Shown piece after piece: positions 48,705 to 57,691 of a stretch of 64,000 bases of DNA. Source of the stretch: a virus; the IMG/VR virus record IMGVR_UViG_3300030103_003268, positions 30,477 to 94,476 of that record; one strand, 5' to 3'. Each line of letters opens with the position of its first letter. Position 1 is the stretch's first letter. Under the pieces are notes generated by a model. It saw nothing but the letters and a program-made list of their open reading frames with translations, searched no databases and was not told where the DNA came from. Position numbers and translations under genes: made by a program.

Positions 48705-49127
48705 TCACCTATTTTCTTCTTTAAATCTTGAACTAGTTTCAGGAACGGGGTTCTTTCCTTCTAATTTTCTTCTTGTTGCTTCGGCACTATTCATATCATG
48801 AATTTGATAAGAGTTTTTATTGTCATCAGGTTCTTCATCTTCTTCAACAATTTGGTATTGATAACTTGGTGCGCCTAATACTTCAAATATTCCTCTATCT
48901 AATACAACACATCTTCCTATGTATTGGTCGCCCATAACAGTCCAAGGTTGAGGATTTCCCCTAGTTCTCATAACATATCTTAAATTTTGAAGTGCGTCTT
49001 CCCTTGTTGGAAAAATAGTTTCTCCATCATCATCTGAAACAGCATTCCAATTACGCATTCTGCTAGTAGCCTCACCCTTTATCATGGCCTTGAAACCATT
49101 CTGCTTGATAACGGATTTCCATGTCAT
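48705..49127 (-). CDS. Hypothetical protein with WxxVIK leader
   Basis: MTWKSVIKQ. Confidence 0.65.
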   Translation of the reverse strand: MTWKSVIKQNGFKAMIKGEATSRMRNWNAVSDDDGETIFPTREDALQNLRYVMRTRGNPQPWTVMGDQYIGRCVVLDRGIFEVLGAPSYQYQIVEEDEEPDDNKNSYQIHDMNSAEATRRKLEGKNPVPETSSRFKEENR

Positions 49128-49268
49128 TTACTCGCTTCCTTTTACTTTCTTAACATATTCACGAATTCTTTTGGCCTGACTAGTGTGCATAGCAATTGCT
49201 TTATCTAATTCTTTAGCAATCTTTTCCAATTCGCTTACATCTTGTTTTAGTATTTCTTCCCACTTCAT
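49128..49268 (-). CDS. Small protein with WxxILK leader (46 aa), not in ORF track
   Basis: MKWEEILKQDVSELEKIAKELDKAIAMHTSQAKRI... Confidence 0.7.
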   Translation of the reverse strand: MKWEEILKQDVSELEKIAKELDKAIAMHTSQAKRIREYVKKVKGSE

Positions 49269-49606
49269 TTTTTCATCCTCTCCGTTTTTCTTTTACTTGA
49301 TTCTTTTCTTGCTAAGGCTACTTTATGTGCCGCATTTAATCTTTTCTTTGCTTCTGGGTCTTTTGCTCTTTTTGCTGCTACCCTTGCTCTTTGTTCAACT
49401 AAATTAATAATTTGTGATTGTCTCTTATGTGGCTTTGATTTAAATGATGAACTTGAAAATGTTTCTCTTACATCTTTTGCAGTTTTGAATTTTACAGAAA
49501 CAGTATCTTTTGGATTTTCATCTGTATATAATCTTCTTGCTGAACCCTTTGGTTTTTTTCCTGTTCCTTTCTTCGGGTCTTTCTTTAAAACATTAATCCA
49601 ATTCAA
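49265..49606 (-). CDS. Basic protein with WxxVLK leader
   Basis: MNWINVLKKDPKKGTGKKPKGSARRLYTDENPKDTV. Confidence 0.75.
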   Translation of the reverse strand: MNWINVLKKDPKKGTGKKPKGSARRLYTDENPKDTVSVKFKTAKDVRETFSSSSFKSKPHKRQSQIINLVEQRARVAAKRAKDPEAKKRLNAAHKVALARKESSKRKTERMKK

Positions 49607-50139
49607 GGTGAACCCTTCCTTCTTTTATATGTTTTACAAGCAGAACAAGTTGGCCTACATCTTCTTTTGGTTCCTTTAGAAGCGTCCTTTCTTCCACAGG
49701 GCTTTGGCCCACCCTTTGAACCACATGAACCGCAATCAATCCATCCGCCTTGAGTTTTACCACCCTTTGATTCTTTTCCGCCTCTTCTTGAGAACCAACC
49801 ATGAAGTCCTTCGCTTTTTTCTCTTTTGAAATTGTCTCCGCCCTTAAACATTTGGTCATAAAACTTTTGATTTTCTTTTTCACAGTCATCTCTTGTTTGA
49901 AGGATTTCCATAAAGGCTTTACTTTGTTCAGGGTCAAATTCTCCATATTTCATATGAGTGTCAATATAATTATCTAGTTGCTCACAAGATAACCCACTAA
50001 TTCTATTTAATCCGAAGGTAGGCATTTTTCTTTCATCTTCTAAGAAATCTAAGAGTTTTCTTCTAACAACCTCACAACACAATTCATTAGGATTTATCCT
50101 AACATTTTTGAGGATGTTTTTCCAAGACATCAGTATCAC
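49603..50139 (-). CDS. Two-module protein with WxxILK leader (CC..C..C module plus basic Cys-rich module)
   Basis: MSWKNILK; LCCEVVR...; GLHGWF...GGWIDC...PCGR...CRPTC. Confidence 0.7.
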   Translation of the reverse strand: MILMSWKNILKNVRINPNELCCEVVRRKLLDFLEDERKMPTFGLNRISGLSCEQLDNYIDTHMKYGEFDPEQSKAFMEILQTRDDCEKENQKFYDQMFKGGDNFKREKSEGLHGWFSRRGGKESKGGKTQGGWIDCGSCGSKGGPKPCGRKDASKGTKRRCRPTCSACKTYKRRKGSP

Positions 50140-50309
50140 TTCTTTTTGGATTTATTTCCCCAGTTTGCTGCACCGACTTTACGGCAACGAACAAGTGCGC
50201 CTGAAGCGTATGCAGAAGGCCATTTCTTATAACGGCTTCGCACCTTATGATAACAGGCATCTTTTTCTTTTTTTAGCATTTCAAACCATAGGGTCGTCGT
50301 ATCTTGCAT
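50136..50309 (-). CDS. Small basic protein (57 aa), not in ORF track
   Basis: MQDTTTLWFEMLKKEKDACYHKVRSRYKKWPSAYASGALVRCRKVGAANWGNKSKKK; GGAGG RBS. Confidence 0.75.
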   Translation of the reverse strand: MQDTTTLWFEMLKKEKDACYHKVRSRYKKWPSAYASGALVRCRKVGAANWGNKSKKK

Positions 50310-50339
50310 CTTTGTTTCCTCCTTGATATAAATTAGAAA

Positions 50340-52163
50340 TCATAAACCTATGTTTCCATACTTTTCAATATAAAGTTTAATATATTTTTGCATTCTTCCA
50401 ATTGCATAACTATAATTTTGCTGAGAACGAAGCATTATATCTGCAAGTTTTAACTCTTTGAATATTTTTATTCCTTCATCGTCTAAATCTTCTGGTTTAT
50501 TTTCTAAGAGTTTTTTAGTGGTTGAAATAATATGTTCCACTTCTTTATCGCCTAAACCTTTTTTATCTCTTAAGTAAGGTGTTGAACTTTTAACAATATT
50601 ATAATCAAAATTAAAAATTAAACTCTTATATTTTTTTTCTAAATATTCCTGAATTACATCGTAATTCTGTGACCAAGAGTTTTGTTCTATATCAATAGGA
50701 AGCCCTTGGCTGTGTAGGCTTGCTAAAGATACAGTAAAATCTTCTTTCATAGTTTCTTCATCATCATCAAGACGAATATTCCTAATTTCAACTTTTTCAG
50801 ATTTGATAATCGTCCCAATGTTTTCTAATGAATCCATCACCGACATTTTACAATTATCAGTGTATTTTTGAATGTCTTCAAGATTGATGTTTTCCTTAGA
50901 CCAATCAAATCCTACATGGTCTTTATGATTCTCCCACTTCATAAGTTTAAAAATTTCATCACAGCGACCTTTATACCATTCAGCCTTTTTGTAAGATTTC
51001 TTCATACGAATAAGTTCTAACAACAACTTAGCATTACCTTTCTTTAATCTAAAATGAGGTAAGCATTTAACTAATAATTTAGAAACATCATCTTGAGAAT
51101 AAAAGTTTAATCTATTAATTAAACGAGTTGCCTGTGGAGATTTTTGGTCTAGGTGCATACGACCAAAACCAAGAGACTTGTGCATTTCTTGCATAAAAGC
51201 CTTACCTCTTTCCCCTGTTGCGACTAATCCCACTCTTGGATTCATATTACGGTCAAGAGTAATATAACCATCCGAATCAATAAATGCGGCAGTATAAGCC
51301 CAAATATTTTTCTTAATCATAGAAGGCACTTTGTAATAAGAACCTTTTATTGAAGTAATATCTAGTTTCTTAATAGCCTTTGAAATGGAATTAGGGCTTG
51401 ATGATTTATGTAAATCAGTAGGCATTCTTTCGTGTATAGCAGAAGCATTAATTCCTGGATTTTCACAAACAGTTTTAAGTATGAAATCTTGCTTTCTTTC
51501 TCTTTTTGATTTTGTAAGAGACTGGTCAGTAATTTTAGAAATAGTATTTCTAAAATCCCTTTTAGCAGAAGACATGGTTTTATGAAGTTCACTATACTTT
51601 TGATTATATGGCATTCCAGTTTGCTCTAATTCTGCTTCCCAGTATTTACAAAGAGCATCAATTGTCTCTCTTCTTAAATCAGAACTCTTCATCTTATGAA
51701 GTTTAGATAAATCTTTTTCATTATATCTCATCTTTCTTAATGGAGTTTCATAATCGTTTAACCAAGTAATAGAACTAATACACTTATTCAAATGGTCTGT
51801 ATAAGCATCAATCATTGTATCAATTGCTTTAGACATTCGTGTTCGGTGTTCTCCCTTTAATGCACGACGAGACTTTCTCATCTTTCTAACTAAGTCTGGA
51901 ATAGTATGGTCTTGAACAATGTATTCATTTGGAAAAGAGGCTAATTTTTTTCTTGCATCACTAGCATTGATGTTAAGACTTGAAGACAATTTAGTTATTT
52001 CCTCATGTTCAGACATTATATAAGAATCACTGAAGATACTCTTTAATTCAGTGTCTAATTGTTCCTCTATGGTATCTTTCACCTCTTCCTCTTCTTCATC
52101 TAAATCGGCTAAACGGTTCATTTGTTCAGCCGCTTGACGGTATTTATCTGCTTGTTCTGTCAT
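50340..52163 (-). CDS. Multidomain protein containing a LAGLIDADG endonuclease-like domain
   Basis: AYTAAFIDSDGYI; LPHFRLKK; preceded by wHTH-like ENPGI. Confidence 0.75.
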   Translation of the reverse strand: MTEQADKYRQAAEQMNRLADLDEEEEEVKDTIEEQLDTELKSIFSDSYIMSEHEEITKLSSSLNINASDARKKLASFPNEYIVQDHTIPDLVRKMRKSRRALKGEHRTRMSKAIDTMIDAYTDHLNKCISSITWLNDYETPLRKMRYNEKDLSKLHKMKSSDLRRETIDALCKYWEAELEQTGMPYNQKYSELHKTMSSAKRDFRNTISKITDQSLTKSKRERKQDFILKTVCENPGINASAIHERMPTDLHKSSSPNSISKAIKKLDITSIKGSYYKVPSMIKKNIWAYTAAFIDSDGYITLDRNMNPRVGLVATGERGKAFMQEMHKSLGFGRMHLDQKSPQATRLINRLNFYSQDDVSKLLVKCLPHFRLKKGNAKLLLELIRMKKSYKKAEWYKGRCDEIFKLMKWENHKDHVGFDWSKENINLEDIQKYTDNCKMSVMDSLENIGTIIKSEKVEIRNIRLDDDEETMKEDFTVSLASLHSQGLPIDIEQNSWSQNYDVIQEYLEKKYKSLIFNFDYNIVKSSTPYLRDKKGLGDKEVEHIISTTKKLLENKPEDLDDEGIKIFKELKLADIMLRSQQNYSYAIGRMQKYIKLYIEKYGNIGL

Positions 52164-52172
52164 ATAAATACC

Positions 52173-53609
52173 TCAAAAGTTCAAGCCTATGGTGGACGAA
52201 AAGCCCTGTTGTGGTCGTTGTGGCTCATCTCCAAACAGCCCTAAATCGTCAAGGAGTATGAAGTTATCCGAGGCTTGGTATGTGGCCGCATTTGCTAAGG
52301 CGAGGCTCATCACCATGTCGTCGTGCGCCCCAATTCCTTCAAACTTCCCTCGTTCAGTAATCGCAAACATTGACAATTCCTCAATCAATAAAGAAGAAAC
52401 CTTTCTACTTTCTTCATTGCCGTATGGGAAGTTAATCTTGCCATTTTCAAGAGACATTTGTAAATTGAGAATAATCTCCTGTTTCTTTCTTCGGGTTGTG
52501 TCAAAGTCATGGACATTCACATCAGCAACTTGACGAAGTTCTTGAGTAAATGATTTAGCGAATGTGTTTGTTTCAAAAAGAATAACTTCGGGCCTAAACA
52601 CTTGATTTAGTAATTTTACCTTTTGGATGTTTTCTCGGAACTGAACATTTTTTGCTCGGTCAATATACACAATAGATTTATTTTCGTTCTCGTCCATTTC
52701 AAGAACAGTAATGACATTGTAATCTCCATCAGTAGAAATAGCAGGGTCTACACCTATGAAGTATTTATATCCTTCACGCTTCAATGGCTTCAAAACCAAA
52801 TCTTTATTCTTTGCATTATCTAAATGTTCGGGATTAAATAGAGATGTTCCAGTTGAAATCGGAACGCACATATATTCCCGTGTGAACATTAATGAACCAA
52901 CTTCTGCCTTACGAGCCATCAATGCTTCGTAGTTCCATCGGTCAGGCCACAACGGTTCGTTTAGTGCATTTAGACAGGGATAAGTATTTACCGTATAAGC
53001 AGGATTTTCTGCTAATTGTTGATAAATATCTGTATAACTAAAAGGCGTTCCAATAACACGCAAAGAAGCGGTGTGGTGAAGTGTTGGAATCATATCACCA
53101 TAAAACCAATCAGTCACTTTTTGAATACCTGTCATACTAAACTCTTTCAAAGGGTCGTCAATAACAATTTCTTGAGGGTGAAGTCCACGAATCTGTGAAC
53201 CAACCGACCTTTCAAGGATTTGGTTTCCATTGGTTAATGTAATGTTTCCAATAGCCCAACCTCTTGCGGGTTTAAATTTCTTAAGCATCGGGTGGGTGAA
53301 CATTTTATCAATGTCTCTCATGTGAACGAGGGTCTGCTTTTGGTTAGAAGAAATGTAAAGCATTTGATATGGTGGCTCTTCAAAAATTAATTTCCATACG
53401 ACCCAACTGTGCATAAATACAGATTTACCGTGGTCGCGTGAACAGATGATAACTGTTCTTTGGGTAGAGTTCATTAATTCGTGCCATTCTTGGATGTAGG
53501 AAGGAAAATCAAAACCTAACACATTTTGAAAGAAATAGGGAAATGAATTGCGGGACAATTGCATATCCATCTCATGTTCAAAATTGAAGGCTTCTAACTC
53601 CATTGTCAT
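52173..53609 (-). CDS. terL: Terminase large subunit
   Basis: SRDHGKS Walker A, IVIDD Walker B, IGTP, GVDPA nuclease, HDDMVMSLALA. Confidence 0.93.
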   Translation of the reverse strand: MTMELEAFNFEHEMDMQLSRNSFPYFFQNVLGFDFPSYIQEWHELMNSTQRTVIICSRDHGKSVFMHSWVVWKLIFEEPPYQMLYISSNQKQTLVHMRDIDKMFTHPMLKKFKPARGWAIGNITLTNGNQILERSVGSQIRGLHPQEIVIDDPLKEFSMTGIQKVTDWFYGDMIPTLHHTASLRVIGTPFSYTDIYQQLAENPAYTVNTYPCLNALNEPLWPDRWNYEALMARKAEVGSLMFTREYMCVPISTGTSLFNPEHLDNAKNKDLVLKPLKREGYKYFIGVDPAISTDGDYNVITVLEMDENENKSIVYIDRAKNVQFRENIQKVKLLNQVFRPEVILFETNTFAKSFTQELRQVADVNVHDFDTTRRKKQEIILNLQMSLENGKINFPYGNEESRKVSSLLIEELSMFAITERGKFEGIGAHDDMVMSLALANAATYQASDNFILLDDLGLFGDEPQRPQQGFSSTIGLNF

Positions 53610-55192
53610 TCCTCTTCTTTCTTATTTTGTTCACTTTCTTTTAAGTCTCTCAGTCGTGCCTGTTCCCTATCATCGGCTTCCTTCAAGTTCATTAAGAATT
53701 TTTTGTATTCAACCACAACTGCTTCAATTCTAGCAGCCATTCTTATCTTTTTCTTTTCTTTGAATCCCTTATTTGCTGTTCTTGCATTAATCATATTCTT
53801 TGCGAATTTATCTATTCCAAGAGTTTGCATTTGTTCTAAGTTCTTTAAATGTTCTTTTCTGGTTAATCTAAAGGATTCTCTATCTCCTCGTTCTGTCTTT
53901 ATATCAGCAATTCTAATGCTATTTATCCAGTTTTGATACTCAACTTGTGCTTCTTGGTAGTCTGTTCTTCTCGCAGAAGCCTCAGAAAATCGTGCTTCGG
54001 CCTCTTCTATTCTTTTTTGCCTTGCCTTATCATCCTTTATATGTTCAGAATGGCCCGCATAATCTCCGCCTTCATGTCCCCTTTTAATCCCAGTTCCCCA
54101 AATATCATAAAATGTATTGAAAGAAGACAATGGATAACTCTGAGTAGTTGGTCTTACGCTGTCTAAAAATATTAAAACCTTTTTTAAGGGATTTCTCCAC
54201 ATAGACTTTCTATCAAATTTATTTTTATCTTTGCCTACAATTGGTGAAGAACTACTCAACATATCAGTTCCTTCATTATAATTTTGTGGAAAAGGAGCAA
54301 ATGTAATATAAGCAAAATCTTCGGGATTGTCTGTCAAATAAGCCCAACCCGCAGTTCTAGGACTTGATTCTCTTATTTTATCAGCCAACTCAGGTAAAAG
54401 GTCTGTTCTTTTTGCAGCAGGATGGTCTGCAATTCTTTTACTTTTTGCTCTTACAAGATAATGTGGTCTATAAGCAATATTATGTTCTTTGCTATATTTG
54501 TGAGGATTGTCATTGTCTTTTCTAGCGGTGCTGAGTATTTCAGTTTCATTGTCAGTGTCATCTAACATTGTATTGAATGTGCTATCTGGTAAAATCTTTA
54601 AAATATTTTTCCAAGACTTTTCAAGGGTTTCTTGTTTAAAAAGATTAAACCATGAGGGCGCAGGGTCGTCAAGATAAACACACTTCGCAAACTCACCCTT
54701 TCCACGAATATTACGAATAGCCCAATTACCATTAGGGTATGCACTATTCCATTCATTTACTACTGATTCAGGGAGCAATTGCTTCATTTGTTCCCAATTT
54801 TCACTATCTGGAAAAGCCCATCCATTCTGTTTTGCAGTAGCAATCCAACGAGCATTATCTCCATCCCTGTGTCCAAAAGCAGCAACTAAGGGCTTAGATT
54901 GGTTTAACTGTGGCTCTCTCGCATCTTGTAATGCACGATTATTTCCACCAATCTGCCTTCCTTCGGCAGAAGCATACATTCCACCAACAACAGTATGAGA
55001 AGGATGTTCTTTAAAACCAACTGTTGATATTGCCTTATCTTCATCATTTACACGAATAAGCCAATTGTCTAAAGCATAAAGACCAGTTTCTAAATCCTTT
55101 CTGCGAGTATATGGGTCGTCAGGATTATCCTGAGCAAACCTTCTTTTCATATCTTCATATGAAAAAATCGCAGGAAGAACCTTAACCATCAA
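53606..55192 (-). CDS. Two-part protein: possible GNAT-like N-terminal domain, internal WxxLFK/WxxILK motifs, second domain
   Basis: VGGMYASAEGRQIGG; SWFNLFKQ and SWKNILKI. Confidence 0.6.
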   Translation of the reverse strand: MMVKVLPAIFSYEDMKRRFAQDNPDDPYTRRKDLETGLYALDNWLIRVNDEDKAISTVGFKEHPSHTVVGGMYASAEGRQIGGNNRALQDAREPQLNQSKPLVAAFGHRDGDNARWIATAKQNGWAFPDSENWEQMKQLLPESVVNEWNSAYPNGNWAIRNIRGKGEFAKCVYLDDPAPSWFNLFKQETLEKSWKNILKILPDSTFNTMLDDTDNETEILSTARKDNDNPHKYSKEHNIAYRPHYLVRAKSKRIADHPAAKRTDLLPELADKIRESSPRTAGWAYLTDNPEDFAYITFAPFPQNYNEGTDMLSSSSPIVGKDKNKFDRKSMWRNPLKKVLIFLDSVRPTTQSYPLSSFNTFYDIWGTGIKRGHEGGDYAGHSEHIKDDKARQKRIEEAEARFSEASARRTDYQEAQVEYQNWINSIRIADIKTERGDRESFRLTRKEHLKNLEQMQTLGIDKFAKNMINARTANKGFKEKKKIRMAARIEAVVVEYKKFLMNLKEADDREQARLRDLKESEQNKKEEE

Positions 55193-55195
55193 ACA

Positions 55196-57691
55196 TCACC
55201 TAAAAGATGCTTTGATTAGATAAACTTGTTCACTACTGATACCATATTCTCTTGAGATATTCTCATGAGAATCAATAGCCTTAACGATTTGTTCAACTTC
55301 AAACGAAGTCAAGTCAATATTATCTTCAACCTGCATCTGAGTAATCATCTTATTAACTCCATAATCGTTCATAGGAATTTGGTTATAAATTACTTTCTTC
55401 CCTAATTCTTCTCTAATGGCATCATGGGCCTTCAATAACTTGTGAAGAAGAACAGGCAAGTCCACTTGAGCAGATTCAAAGATAGCCTTTAATCTATTAT
55501 ATGCTGCCTTTTTAGCAGGACTTCCTTTTGTTAAAATACCTTGGTTCATATCTAACCAATGAGGCAAGGCAAATACAGCGAAGGGTTTTCTAGCATAAAA
55601 ATCTTTAAAGAAGTCTTCACTTCTTTCAACAATGGTTTTGCCCGCAAATTTATTGTTCGCTCTCTTCATATCGCCAGTTTCTTGCATATAATGATAAAGT
55701 AGTGCTGCCGCATAGTTGTCATTCTTTTCTTCTGTTTTGCTTCCGAAAATATTAGTTAATGCATCAGCAAACTCTTCTGCATCACTAATAATTTCAGTTC
55801 CAATCTTAACTTCAGGCATAAAAATACTATCTAAGAAATCAGCAACTGCGTTCATATCACCGACATCAATTTCTTCTCTTGAGCCAGCAAATAAAGTGTC
55901 ATAAGCACCAGACATAACAGTATCTAACCCTAAATCAAGACTTAATGTTTGTATTACCTTTGAACCGATGCCTGATGCAAAAGAGGGCATTTCAATGGGT
56001 AGCATACCACTATAAATAGGGTCAAAATAATATTTAATAGCAGAATCCATCATTTTCTGAAGTTCTTCTTTAAATCCTTGTAGTTCTCCTCTCATAGTTC
56101 CCTTTTGATTTAAAGACAACGGAACAGCCCCACCACTAATTTGACCGACAGTTGAACCTTTACCTTCATAATAATCAAATTGGCTTCCCCTTCCTCTTCC
56201 TTTAGAACTTCTTGCATCAACTTCAGCAATAAAGTCTTCATCTGATAAAATATCATATAAGTCATTAAAAAATTCTCTAATCGCAGGAATATTTTCCGAG
56301 CCTATCATTTCTCCTTCGCCAACAGAACGGAACTTATCTTTATTACCATACATTTTAGCAAATTTAGTGTTATCTAAAACAGAAACAGGTAAAGCCTGAA
56401 CAGGAGCATCTCCTTCACTAAGAATGTGAGTATCAACCGTTTGTTCTAACCATTCTTCAATGTCCACTTGAGTTTCTAAAGAAACCCCCTCTCCCTCGTC
56501 CAAATACTCAATCATATCTTCAAGCATCTCTTTAATTTCCGATTCCATTCTTGAGTTAATGGCTATTAATTTTTCTCCTCTAACATATTCGTAAATTAAT
56601 AGTGGGTCTGCCTGAGAAATAAGTGCATCGTATTCTTCTTCCCAAGTTGTTTTCTGTTGTAATTCTTCTTCCCATTCAGAAACATCAAGGTCAATTGCTC
56701 CGCCTTGGGTGCTACTTCCAGACGCTAAGGAAGATTCAAGATATCTAAGCATTTGAGCATTTACATCTCCTTCCATACCCGATTCATCAGCATATCCAGT
56801 TTGAGAGGTGTCTTTATCCATCATTCGGTCAATAGCCAACTTGTGAACAACAATGTTAAAGAACCTATGATAGCCGGATTCAAATGGGCGAGTGATGTCT
56901 TCAAACTCAGCAATATATTCTAAATTTATACGGCCATCAAGAATTTGTTTATATAGTTTATTAAATTTATTTTGAATTTCTTCAGGGAAGTCAATATTTT
57001 CAACTTCAATAAAGAAATTAGCCATATCTTCTTCAAACTGTTCATAAAGTTTCCCAATTCCTGCCCAATAATTATATACTTTTTTACGGACAGATTTTTT
57101 AGACACATCAGTTGCTCCTAAAAAGTCGTTCATATTAATTTTAAACTCTTTATATTCAGCAACATCTAAAGTATCTTCAAGGGCTTCTTGAATTAATTCT
57201 AAATTGTGTCTAAAGTTTTCAGGCAACTTAACAGCCTTATTTGATACGATTGCATTTATTTCTTGTAGCACATCTTTTCTAGGATTTCTAATATCAATTC
57301 TTCCTTTGATTTTATTACTAGTCAATTGAACAGAAGTAATCCTTGCACCTTGATTATACATATTTAAACGCAAAAATGGCTTAACTACCTCTTCCATGCT
57401 ACTTGAAGCAAGTTCGGTTTTCTTTGCCTTTTTTCCTTTCATTTGTTCTCTAATGTGCTTTCTTGCTCCTTTGGCTTTTCCAGCAATTTTACTAAAAGCA
57501 AGTTTTCTTGCACCCTCTTCTTCAATTAAACGAGCCTTATCCTTTAAGGCATTAGTAAATCTAGTAACAATACTTGCGATTTCTGTTCTTTGTTCTGACT
57601 TATCGGAAAGAGCCAAACCTTCAACTCTTTCGGGAGATAAATTAAGCATTTCCTTTTCTTCTGGAGTTAAAAGTATCGTTTCCTCTGTCAT
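55196..57691 (-). CDS. Large acidic protein (possible internal virion protein)
   Basis: 831 aa ORF. Confidence 0.7.
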   Translation of the reverse strand: MTEETILLTPEEKEMLNLSPERVEGLALSDKSEQRTEIASIVTRFTNALKDKARLIEEEGARKLAFSKIAGKAKGARKHIREQMKGKKAKKTELASSSMEEVVKPFLRLNMYNQGARITSVQLTSNKIKGRIDIRNPRKDVLQEINAIVSNKAVKLPENFRHNLELIQEALEDTLDVAEYKEFKINMNDFLGATDVSKKSVRKKVYNYWAGIGKLYEQFEEDMANFFIEVENIDFPEEIQNKFNKLYKQILDGRINLEYIAEFEDITRPFESGYHRFFNIVVHKLAIDRMMDKDTSQTGYADESGMEGDVNAQMLRYLESSLASGSSTQGGAIDLDVSEWEEELQQKTTWEEEYDALISQADPLLIYEYVRGEKLIAINSRMESEIKEMLEDMIEYLDEGEGVSLETQVDIEEWLEQTVDTHILSEGDAPVQALPVSVLDNTKFAKMYGNKDKFRSVGEGEMIGSENIPAIREFFNDLYDILSDEDFIAEVDARSSKGRGRGSQFDYYEGKGSTVGQISGGAVPLSLNQKGTMRGELQGFKEELQKMMDSAIKYYFDPIYSGMLPIEMPSFASGIGSKVIQTLSLDLGLDTVMSGAYDTLFAGSREEIDVGDMNAVADFLDSIFMPEVKIGTEIISDAEEFADALTNIFGSKTEEKNDNYAAALLYHYMQETGDMKRANNKFAGKTIVERSEDFFKDFYARKPFAVFALPHWLDMNQGILTKGSPAKKAAYNRLKAIFESAQVDLPVLLHKLLKAHDAIREELGKKVIYNQIPMNDYGVNKMITQMQVEDNIDLTSFEVEQIVKAIDSHENISREYGISSEQVYLIKASFR

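Noticed and set aside
50340-53609. Intein or intron interrupting terL
   Set aside because: TerL is complete (ATPase plus nuclease) in one ORF; the LAGLIDADG ORF is separate and shows no Hint motifs.
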